Below, one piece after another: positions 8,901 through 15,580 of a stretch of DNA of 64,000 bases. The stretch is from the NCBI GenBank assembly GCA_034421335.1, contig DAOUKL010000021.1, forward strand, positions 921 to 64,920, read 5' to 3'. Under the pieces are notes generated by a model. The model worked only from the letters and a program-made list of their open reading frames with translations. It ran no database searches and was not told where the DNA came from. The DNA is from Dehalococcoidia bacterium. GTDB lineage: Bacteria; Chloroflexota; Dehalococcoidia; Lucifugimonadales; Australimonadaceae. Position numbers and translations under genes: made by a program. Each line of letters starts with the position of its first letter. The first letter of the stretch is position 1.

Positions 8901-9030
8901 GGAAGTCTATCTGGGGGAAGAGTTCGACCTGGAGAGCGCGATAGGCGGACACGCCGGAGCCGAGCACGAGAATGATGGCGAGCACGGTCACGGTAGGCCG
9001 CCGCAGGGCCATGGCGGTCAGGAACCTCAC
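5914..9030 (-). CDS. RND-family efflux transporter permease (AcrB/HAE-like)
   Basis: 1038 aa counted from GTG at 9028-9030, preceded by AAGGAG (9038-9043, 7-nt spacer). It has a 12-TM, two-large-loop RND layout with typical strings such as GGLAISVGRVVDDSIVVLENVYRH and LLLIGIVVTNAIVLI. The extra 54 codons of the 5914-9192 ORF lie upstream of the RBS and were trimmed. Confidence 0.9.
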   Translation of the reverse strand: MRFLTAMALRRPTVTVLAIILVLGSGVSAYRALQVELFPQIDFPLVAVFVAYPSADPEAVVRSVTGPIEQAIADTPELESIQSTSSEGRSTIFANFRYGADMAEAQAAVEAAVSGVDFPEGVQEPDVGRFNPDDFPVIQFSVISDRPLPEIQELVQSRIVPEVSGLDGVMDVSLAGTVDRSVRVAVDAEKMAANGIPLFQIAGALSENNITLPAGLLFDGSQAVIAKTTYTLESLRDIEDLIVGGSAATGPVRLADVATVALGDGRPDSINRANGKTGIGVSITKEPDANTVDVTTAVNEALRGVEGLPPDVEIVVVADQGPDIQGQIDTLAREAIFGFFFAVCVVFAFMFTIRPTVVRGFFNTLRPTVVIALSIPLSVLTGILLMFSQDMTLNFMTFGGLAISVGRVVDDSIVVLENVYRHIQGGRERWRAALEATTEVGPAIFASTMTTVVVFLPLAFIPGLFGAFFSPFALTVTFALIASLFVALTAVPVLGAYLLRPGDLPEGAGDEGDLVLPETALQRVYTSILKWVLRRKLITLLAAAAITLSSLGLAAIIPVNLFGGATDSLRIELTMPPGTAPEQTLAEVVEIEDRLDGVSDLYSVTVGASEFGFTGGGQARRADFFVTLRDDAPENVAEILREDLAKPGRTVSITEIANGPPAGGVEIVVTGPDYDDIAAVSRELTASLGSIEDIVNLENTVAQARPEVAIQVDPEKAALLGLTTRQVAFQLSLYLIGQTVTTMTIDGEILDVVVAGDSQATGGLSGVESLIIAGQVGSAPLGDIAELAVREGPVEISRTDGVRSAGITGDIIGDDAQAVGVLVQEKINALQLPPGVSVASGGVFADIAEGFQAVFISMAVGIVLVYLVMVASLGSLRNPFVIITTLPLALIGVFAALAVTGRSLGLLAMMGMLLLIGIVVTNAIVLIAFVEQQRARGMETYEALVSGARVRLRPILMTALTTSFALLPLAAASEGSGGLISAELATVVIGGLMSSTALTLIVLPIVYMLFNDSIPRLLGRLFRRASAEPPAPEPSAAG

Positions 9031-9036
9031 TGGGCG

Positions 9037-9072
9037 TCTCCTTTGCTCCAGCGCTGCTTTCGGAGCAGGAGA
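9037..9072 (-). promoter_or_regulatory. Hairpin that can sequester the RND gene's Shine-Dalgarno sequence
   Basis: The minus-strand RNA reads UCUCC-U-GCUCC-GAAAGCAGCGCU-GGAGC-AAA-GGAGA-CGCCCA-GUG. UCUCC pairs with GGAGA (the SD) and GCUCC pairs with GGAGC, giving 10 G/C-rich base pairs and a 12-nt loop. The structure ends 6 nt before the GTG start at 9030. Confidence 0.35.
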
Positions 9073-9185
9073 CACACAACAGGCGTCGGCTGCGGGGGCC
9101 GTGCAGGCTTGGACGTTCGGCGCGATGTTGCTCTTAATGGTACTACGTCCGGCCCTTCTCCAAGGTTCCCCGCAAGAGGAGCGGA

Positions 9186-11216
9186 CTACCACCAGACGGC
9201 GATATGACGCTCGGTTTGTTCCGCGGCGTTGCGCGCCTCGCGCTCAGCCTGCTCACGAGGAATGGCGAGCTCGGCGGCGATGGCCACGGCCGCCTCGACG
9301 GCGCTCTGGACGGCCGAGGCGGCGCCGACGCCGGCTTCCTCGGCGCCCTCGAGCGCCCCCCGCACCGCACCGCGAATAGCCTCCAGCGGCGGCGCCACAC
9401 CTTTCAGCGTTCGGACGGCGCCGGTCACCGCGCCCCTGGCCAGCGCCCCGACGTCAACGGAGGCGTCGGCCGCAAGCATGGCGCCCCGCACGGCGTGCCG
9501 AGCGACCTCGCCACCCACGTCCCGCAGGCGCGCCGATTGCCCCACCACGTCGCCGAGGGCGCCGCCGACCAGCGTCGATACGCCGGAGGCGGTGGCGCGT
9601 CCGGTTGCGGCGCCCAAGGCGGCGGCCCGCATCGTGGCAGCCAGCTGATAGGCGGTGACGCCGATAGCGACGTCGAGTCCGGGCATGCGGCGCACCGAGG
9701 CGTAAGGGAAGGCCGTGAGCACGCGCGCGCCGGGCATCGAGCCGAGGCTGCGGGTGAGTTCCCTCGTGGGGCTGATGAGCTCTTCGAGCACGGCGTCCCG
9801 TTCGGCCGAGCCCTCCTCCTTCACTGCGGCGAGGAGCCGGACGGTGAAGAGCCCCAGAAGGAAGGCGATGACGAAAAGGAAGTCCTCGCCCGTGATGTTG
9901 ACGGCGCTGAGGTTCAGCGTGGAGTCCGGGTCAGTCCAACCGAACGTAAGAGTGAGGCCGCGGACGCTAAAGAAGTCGATGAGGCGTCCGCCGATGAGCG
10001 GCCCGATTCCGGCGCCGAAGCTGCTGGCGAGCGAAGCCATCGCGAGGAAGGGCGTCGCCTCGCCCGGCGGGGAGAGCTTGAGGCCGATAGTGCCCGCTGT
10101 AAGGGTAACGCCGGCAAGGGCGACGCCGGCGAAGATTTGCAGGACGACGACAAGGGGCATGGTGAGCGCGTGAACGCCCGGCATGGTGGTGAACGTCCAA
10201 CCGAGGATGACGAGGGCATAGAGGGATGCGGAAGCGGAGAGGACGGCCTTGCTGCCGAACTTGTCTGCGAGGGCGCCCCATGCGCCGATGAAGAGCATGT
10301 TGGCGACCTGCGCGAGGGTGTTGAGCGCGATGACCGCGACAAGAGGGAACCCGAGCCGGTTGAGCATGTAGATGGTGAAGAAGGGGACTGCGAGGTTGAT
10401 CGCCAGCCCCCACAGGAAGAGGAACGTGAGGAGGCGGCGGTAATTGGCGTCCTGCAGGGGGCACCGGAGCAGGGGGCGCAGGCCGGGCGTCGAGCCTTCA
10501 GGCGAGTCAAGCGTCGGCTCCGGAACTCTGAGCATAAAGAGGGGGCTTGCAGCGGCGAAGAGGATGAACCCGGCGAGCAGCACGAACGAATAAGCGACGG
10601 CGGCGTCCTCAGGCGCCGAGCGCTCCTGCCGCCATTGAATGAAGTAAGCGCCAGCGAGCCCGAACACGATAGAGGCGACCGACGCGCGCGCCATGAGGCG
10701 GGAGTAGAACGAGCCCATGATGGCCTGCGGCACGAAGTCGCGCAGCCAGCTGTGCCATGCGCAGGTGGCCGCCGCCACGAGCGCGTAGCGGGCGCACATC
10801 AGCACGAGCAGGGCGGCGACAGCCGGAGCGCCCGGCGTTTTGAGGAAGAACGGGATCAGGGCGATCGGAATCCACATCAGCGTCGCCGGCGCCCATGCCG
10901 CGAACGCGACGACCTTCCGCCGGCGCAGCCGCTCGACAAGCAGCACCACGGGAATCTGCAACGGGTTCAGCAGGAACGGTATCGCCGCCAGTACGCCGAT
11001 CTGGAAGTTGTTGGCGCCTAGCGCCAGAGCGTAAGCCGTAAGGATGCCGCTGGTGACAACGCTCGCCATCGACAGCGACGCGAATCCCTCGGCGGAGACA
11101 GCGCGCAGGCCGCGCCGCAACTCGTCGTCGGTGACGTTGGACTTCGTGCGGAATATGCCTGCGAAGATCATGACGCCGAGCGTTGTGAGGCGGTTGCGCG
11201 TCGCCAAATGGTACAC
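9186..11216 (-). CDS. MFS-type transporter with a ~250-aa Ala/Gly/Val/Arg-rich C-terminal tail
   Basis: The first ~430 aa are a run of hydrophobic helices with short basic loops (e.g. LVERLRRRK between helices), typical of 12-TM major-facilitator proteins. The remainder is non-hydrophobic low complexity. The start is ambiguous: either the ORF start at 11216 or the ATG at 11171 (MIFAGIF...). Confidence 0.7.
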   Translation of the reverse strand: MYHLATRNRLTTLGVMIFAGIFRTKSNVTDDELRRGLRAVSAEGFASLSMASVVTSGILTAYALALGANNFQIGVLAAIPFLLNPLQIPVVLLVERLRRRKVVAFAAWAPATLMWIPIALIPFFLKTPGAPAVAALLVLMCARYALVAAATCAWHSWLRDFVPQAIMGSFYSRLMARASVASIVFGLAGAYFIQWRQERSAPEDAAVAYSFVLLAGFILFAAASPLFMLRVPEPTLDSPEGSTPGLRPLLRCPLQDANYRRLLTFLFLWGLAINLAVPFFTIYMLNRLGFPLVAVIALNTLAQVANMLFIGAWGALADKFGSKAVLSASASLYALVILGWTFTTMPGVHALTMPLVVVLQIFAGVALAGVTLTAGTIGLKLSPPGEATPFLAMASLASSFGAGIGPLIGGRLIDFFSVRGLTLTFGWTDPDSTLNLSAVNITGEDFLFVIAFLLGLFTVRLLAAVKEEGSAERDAVLEELISPTRELTRSLGSMPGARVLTAFPYASVRRMPGLDVAIGVTAYQLAATMRAAALGAATGRATASGVSTLVGGALGDVVGQSARLRDVGGEVARHAVRGAMLAADASVDVGALARGAVTGAVRTLKGVAPPLEAIRGAVRGALEGAEEAGVGAASAVQSAVEAAVAIAAELAIPREQAEREARNAAEQTERHIAVWW

Positions 11217-11306
11217 GCGAGAGGAGACGAGGTTGCGCGCGTAAGGGCGCCGATTGCGGCGACATCCAAGAGGCGCAACGCGCGGAGGCGACGAAGCCGT
11301 TCTCCG

Positions 11307-12707
11307 CTATGCGTAATCCGCGCGTTCCGCCACGCCGCCCAGCACCTCTGCTGCGGCCGTGTTGCCGCTGCGGACCGCGCTTTCCATCGTCGCGGGCCAG
11401 CCGGTGTCGGTCCAATCGCCGGCGAGCACGAGGTTCCGGAGCGGGCTCGCCGCTGGCAGGCGGTTGGCCGGCCCGTCGGGCAGCGAGCGAAACGTGGCGC
11501 GCTGCTCCTTGACGACGACGAACCGCTCGACGCGGGCTCCGCGCGCCCGTGGCAGCGCGCGTTCGAGTTCGGCGACGAACCGCTCGCGCAACTCCTCTTT
11601 CGTTCTCGGCCACCACTCCCACGCGGCGCTGAGCGACACCGTGAGGTAGTCGCCAGGTCCCGGAAGGCCGGCGATTTTCGTACGATTGAACACGAACTGC
11701 AGCGGACTATCGACGAACGCCGCCCACTCGAAATCGGCGACGGGGCGGTCGTACCACACGTGGAGGTTCACGATGGGCGCGAACGTGTGCGTGGCCGCCG
11801 CCGACAGCGGCAAGGCGCCGCGCTCGGCATCCGAGAGCGCGGCGACAAGCGCGTAAGGCGGCAGCGCGGAGACATACCAGTCCGCAGTGAGCGCGCCGCC
11901 GCCGGCAAGCTCAACGCTCTCGACGGCGGCACCGGCGACAATCAGCCGCTCAATCGAGCGTCCGAGGAGGAGGTCGACGCCGCGCTCGCGCAAGCGTCGC
12001 TCGACGGCGTCGCCCATGACGTCGGACAGGCCGGAGCGCGCGAAGCCTATGTCGGCGCCGTGGGCGTTCTGCAAGAGGGCGATGCGGAAGACGACGAACG
12101 CCATGGCGGCGGACACATCGCGGGGGGCGTCGTTGAGCGTGGGAAGGACGATGAGTTCCCAGAAGTTGGCGATGGCGCGGTCGGACTGGCCATGCCGGCG
12201 GAGCCACTCCTCGAAGGATATGCGGCGTAGTTCGTCGCTGGCGGGGTCGCGCTCGCGCTTGATGCGCTGCAGGGCCGCCGCGGCGCGGAGCTTCTCCCGC
12301 CAGTTCAGGTGCGGGTAGCGCAGGAACGAGGGCAGTAGGTGGAGAGGCGAGGGAAGGGCAGCCGCAGCGAGCGCGCCCGTCTTGCCGGAAGCGGGACTGC
12401 GCACCTCGACGCGGAGTCTGTCCTGGAGCCTGGTCCGATCGAGCGTGCCGACCTCGCGCAGGAAGTCGATGTAGGCGTCGCAGCAGCGCATGAACACGTG
12501 CTGGCCGTTGTCGACCTGAGCCCCGGTCTCGCGGTCGACGAACGAGTAGGCGCGTCCGCCGAGGTAGGGCCTACGCTCAACGAGAGTGACGCGGCAGCCG
12601 GCCTGCGCCAGACGCCAGGCCGCGGCCATGCCGGCGAGCCCGCCCCCCGCGACGACGACGCTGGGGGCTACACCAACGGGCTTCGGGGGAGCATGCTGGA
12701 GGTCCAA
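11307..12707 (-). CDS. hpnE: FAD-dependent amine-oxidase-family desaturase, hydroxysqualene dehydroxylase-like
   Basis: It has an N-terminal dinucleotide-binding fold (VVVAGGGLAGMAAAWRLAQAGCRVTLVERRPYLGGRA). The 466-aa length and its position directly after two squalene/phytoene-synthase paralogs match the hpnC-hpnD-hpnE arrangement. The only in-frame start I see is TTG at 12707, which overlaps the upstream gene by 40 nt, so the start is uncertain. Confidence 0.75.
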   Translation of the reverse strand: MDLQHAPPKPVGVAPSVVVAGGGLAGMAAAWRLAQAGCRVTLVERRPYLGGRAYSFVDRETGAQVDNGQHVFMRCCDAYIDFLREVGTLDRTRLQDRLRVEVRSPASGKTGALAAAALPSPLHLLPSFLRYPHLNWREKLRAAAALQRIKRERDPASDELRRISFEEWLRRHGQSDRAIANFWELIVLPTLNDAPRDVSAAMAFVVFRIALLQNAHGADIGFARSGLSDVMGDAVERRLRERGVDLLLGRSIERLIVAGAAVESVELAGGGALTADWYVSALPPYALVAALSDAERGALPLSAAATHTFAPIVNLHVWYDRPVADFEWAAFVDSPLQFVFNRTKIAGLPGPGDYLTVSLSAAWEWWPRTKEELRERFVAELERALPRARGARVERFVVVKEQRATFRSLPDGPANRLPAASPLRNLVLAGDWTDTGWPATMESAVRSGNTAAAEVLGGVAERADYA

Positions 12708-13549
12708 TGTTTGGCCATAATGCCGAGCTTCTCGGCGGAGGAGAGACTAACGCGTTCGGTGAAGACGTCGAACCGGCGCTGCTCGATGCGGTCGAGCAGG
12801 CGGCTGTAAAGGGCGCGGAGGACGGCGGGGCAAGCGCGCGACCGGGGAGAGAGGTAGCCGAGCAGTTCCTCGCTGGATTCGAAGTAGCTCCGAGCGCGGC
12901 GGGCCTCAAAGCGCATAAGAGCGACGAAGTTGTCGTTCATCACGCCGCGCATAAGTTCGTAGTCCGAGTAGGCGAACCGGCGCAGGTCTTCCTGGGGGAG
13001 GTAGACGCGACCGGCCTGTGCGTCTTCGCGCAGGTCGCGCATGATGTTCGTAAGTTGCATGGCGAGCCCGAGATCGACCGCGGCCTTGCGGGCGCGCAGG
13101 TTGGAGTAGCCGAAGATCTCGATAGCGATGAGGCCGACGACCGAGGCGACGAGGTAGCAGTACTCGCGAAGGTCGTCGAACGTCTCGTAGCGCCGTGAGA
13201 CGAGGTCCATCTCGACGCCGTCGATGAGGCGCTCAAACAGGCCCGGGGGGATACGGAACTCCCGGGCGGCGTCAACGAGAGCGAGGAGCACGGGGTTACG
13301 CGGGCTTCCCGCGAACGCCTCATGGACATCGGCGCGGAACTCGAGGAGGCGTTCGAGCTTTTCGGGGTTCGAGCCGGGTCCGTCGGCGATGTCGTCGGCG
13401 AGGCGGGCAAAGGCGTAGGCGGCGTAGATAGCCCGCCGCTTGTGGCGCGGGAGGGTGACGAAGGCATAGTAGAAGTTTCGGGCTTCCCGCCTGGTAACGG
13501 TCTGGCAGAACTCGTAAGCGTCGGCGACGGCCGAAGAACGGCGGCTCAT
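12668..13549 (-). CDS. hpnD: Squalene/phytoene synthase family protein, presqualene diphosphate synthase-like
   Basis: 293 aa from ATG at 13547-13549, which forms an ATGA overlap with the upstream stop. Strings include ARNFYYAFVTLPRHKRRAIYAAYAFARLADDIAD (first Asp-rich motif) and LTNIMRDLREDAQAGRVYLP (second motif). The longer 12668-13855 ORF overlaps hpnC and was trimmed. Confidence 0.8.
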   Translation of the reverse strand: MSRRSSAVADAYEFCQTVTRREARNFYYAFVTLPRHKRRAIYAAYAFARLADDIADGPGSNPEKLERLLEFRADVHEAFAGSPRNPVLLALVDAAREFRIPPGLFERLIDGVEMDLVSRRYETFDDLREYCYLVASVVGLIAIEIFGYSNLRARKAAVDLGLAMQLTNIMRDLREDAQAGRVYLPQEDLRRFAYSDYELMRGVMNDNFVALMRFEARRARSYFESSEELLGYLSPRSRACPAVLRALYSRLLDRIEQRRFDVFTERVSLSSAEKLGIMAKHWTSSMLPRSPLV

Positions 13550-14436
13550 GCGGCCGACCTCCGTACTGCGAGCCGCACGGCTGTAGAAGCCATGATCCGG
13601 AGTTTGCGTCCCGAAGAGACTTCGGGACGCCTGGCGAGGACGTCGTAGTTCTGCTTGCGGATGGATTCGAGCACCGTGAGGCCGCCGCGCGAGAAGAGGG
13701 CGATGTCGAACTTGATGCGGCCGTTGAGGCGTTCGATGAGCCCGAAGCCCTGCTCGAAGAGTTGCTGCGCGCGCTCTACCTCGAAGGCCATGAGCCTGCG
13801 GAAGTTCTCGTTCACGACGCCGGCGGCGAGCTCTTCCTCGGTGTAGCCGAACCACTCCATATCCTCGAGGGGGATGTAGATGCGGCCCTTGTCATAGTCG
13901 CGCTTGACGTCCTGCCAGAAATTGGCGAGTTGGAGAGCCGTGCAGGTGGCGTCGGCGAGCAAGTGGCTCTCCTCGGTGCGGTCGCCGACGACGTAGAGGA
14001 CCATGCGTCCGACGGGGTTGGCGGAGTGGTCGCAGTAGTGGAGGAGGTCATCGTAGGTGCGGAAGCGGCCATCGGCTTGGTCGATGCGGTTGGCCTGGAT
14101 GAGCTTGCGGAACAGCGTGTCGGGGATGTCGAAGCGGCGAACGACGTCCTGGAGGGCAATGAGGATGGGATGCGAGGGCTCGGCGCCGTTGAAGGCCTCG
14201 CCGAGCGCGTCTTCCCAATCGTTCAGTTGGGCAAGGCGGTCGCCGGGAGCTTCGTCGCCGAGGTCGTCGGTATGGCGGCAGAAGGCGTAGACGGCGTAGA
14301 AGGCCGGCCGGAAGTTGCAGGGAAGGAGGAGCGAGCCGACCGTGAAGTTCTCGTAGTGGGTCTTGGCGAGGCGTTCGCAGTAGTCGTAGGCGGCCTGGAG
14401 GCCGGACTGCCCACCGGAGACTTTCGTGGTCGTCAT
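13546..14436 (-). CDS. hpnC: Squalene/phytoene synthase family protein, hydroxysqualene synthase-like
   Basis: 296 aa from ATG at 14434-14436, directly preceded by AGGAGGAAGG. Strings include HYENFTVGSLLLPCNFRPAFYAVYAFCRHTDDLGDE and LANFWQDVKRDYDKGRIYIP. Confidence 0.8.
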   Translation of the reverse strand: MTTTKVSGGQSGLQAAYDYCERLAKTHYENFTVGSLLLPCNFRPAFYAVYAFCRHTDDLGDEAPGDRLAQLNDWEDALGEAFNGAEPSHPILIALQDVVRRFDIPDTLFRKLIQANRIDQADGRFRTYDDLLHYCDHSANPVGRMVLYVVGDRTEESHLLADATCTALQLANFWQDVKRDYDKGRIYIPLEDMEWFGYTEEELAAGVVNENFRRLMAFEVERAQQLFEQGFGLIERLNGRIKFDIALFSRGGLTVLESIRKQNYDVLARRPEVSSGRKLRIMASTAVRLAVRRSAA

Positions 14437-14499
14437 CCTTCCTCCTACGCTCGCCCAAGCTGGGGCGTACGGGTCGGGATAGCCCGCAGGCATTATGCG

Positions 14500-15564
14500 C
14501 TACTTGTCGCGCAGGATGAAGTAGTCGGCGAGGGCCTGGATGCGTTCACGGGCGCCTGGGGCGAGAGGAATGCCGTCGAGCGCCCCGAGGGCGCCCGCAG
14601 CCTGGTCGGCCGCAGTCTGCTGCACGAGCGCCTTGCCGTCGATTTCGGCGAGGAAGCCAAGAACGCTCTCGGTGTCGTCCAGGGCGACCTCGTCGGCAGC
14701 ATAGGCGTTGCGAAGCCATTCGCGCCTGCGGGAGTCGGCCTGCTGGAAGAGGTAGACGATGGGCAAGCTTTTCTTCTTGCGGCGAATGTCGGCGCCGACG
14801 GGCTTGCCAGTCGCCAGGGGGTCGCCCCAGATGCCGAGGAAATCGTCGCGCACCTGGAAGGCGACGCCGAGCCTTCTGCCGCAGGCGCCGAACGCCTCGG
14901 CGGCGGCGGGGTCGCCGGTGGCGGTGAACGCGCCGAGGTACATGGCGCAGTCGATCAGGGCGCCGGTCTTGCGGGAGATCATGTCGAGGTAGGCGTCTGC
15001 TGTGACGGCGTCGGAGTCCTCGAAAGACATGTCGAGGTACTGGCCCTCGATCATTTCGAGGTAGCGGGAGGCGAGGGCCTGAGAGGCTGCGAGAACAGCA
15101 GGGGCTGCGACGTCGGGGCCCGCCAGAGCGCGGATGGCGCGACCGGCGACGACGCGCATGGCGTTGCCGGCGGCCACGCCTTGTTGGACGCCGAAGACTG
15201 TCCAGACGGTCGCCCTGCCCCAGCGAGTCTCGTCGCGGTCCTGGATGTCGTCGTGGATGAGAGAGAATCTGTGGACGAGTTCGAGCGCTGCGGCTGCGGG
15301 CAAGGCGTCGCGCCAATCGCCGCCCGCGAACTCGCAGGAAGCGAGGAGCAGCACAGGCCGGAGGCCCTTGCCGGTGTCCTCGTTGGCGGGGTTGCCGAGG
15401 CGGTCCCGCCAACCGAGGTGGTAGCGCAGGATGCCGTAGATGCCGTCGCCCGCTTCCGGGAGGGCCCGGCGGAGTTCCTGCTCGACGTCGGGGGCGTAGC
15501 GCTCGACGAGCGAGGCGACGATGCGTTCGGGGGCGACTACTCCACCTTGCCGGGAGTCGTTCAT
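14500..15564 (-). CDS. Short-chain polyprenyl diphosphate synthase (FPP/GGPP synthase)
   Basis: 354 aa from ATG at 15562-15564, 17 nt after the dxs stop. Two Asp-rich motifs are present: FSLIHDDIQDRDETRWGR and FQVRDDFLGIWGD. Product chain length cannot be decided from the sequence alone. Confidence 0.85.
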   Translation of the reverse strand: MNDSRQGGVVAPERIVASLVERYAPDVEQELRRALPEAGDGIYGILRYHLGWRDRLGNPANEDTGKGLRPVLLLASCEFAGGDWRDALPAAAALELVHRFSLIHDDIQDRDETRWGRATVWTVFGVQQGVAAGNAMRVVAGRAIRALAGPDVAAPAVLAASQALASRYLEMIEGQYLDMSFEDSDAVTADAYLDMISRKTGALIDCAMYLGAFTATGDPAAAEAFGACGRRLGVAFQVRDDFLGIWGDPLATGKPVGADIRRKKKSLPIVYLFQQADSRRREWLRNAYAADEVALDDTESVLGFLAEIDGKALVQQTAADQAAGALGALDGIPLAPGARERIQALADYFILRDK

Positions 15565-15580
15565 AGCGCCGCGCGGGATG

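Noticed and set aside
5914-9030. Calling the RND pump HpnN (hopanoid transporter) because it lies downstream of hpnCDE
   Set aside because: Its length (about 1040 aa) and its motifs look AcrB/HAE-like rather than like the shorter HpnN/MMPL type. It is also separated from hpnE by another gene and two spacers. This was kept only as a weak inference in the squalene-cluster finding.
9204-11021. 605-aa plus-strand ORF
   Set aside because: It is antisense to the MFS gene. It has an Arg/Gly/Glu/Asp-rich low-complexity translation, no RBS and no motifs.
13550-13855. N-terminal extension of the hpnD ORF
   Set aside because: It overlaps the 3' end of hpnC in another frame with an Arg-rich translation. 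The ATG at 13549 gives an ATGA coupling with the hpnC stop and a normal-length enzyme.
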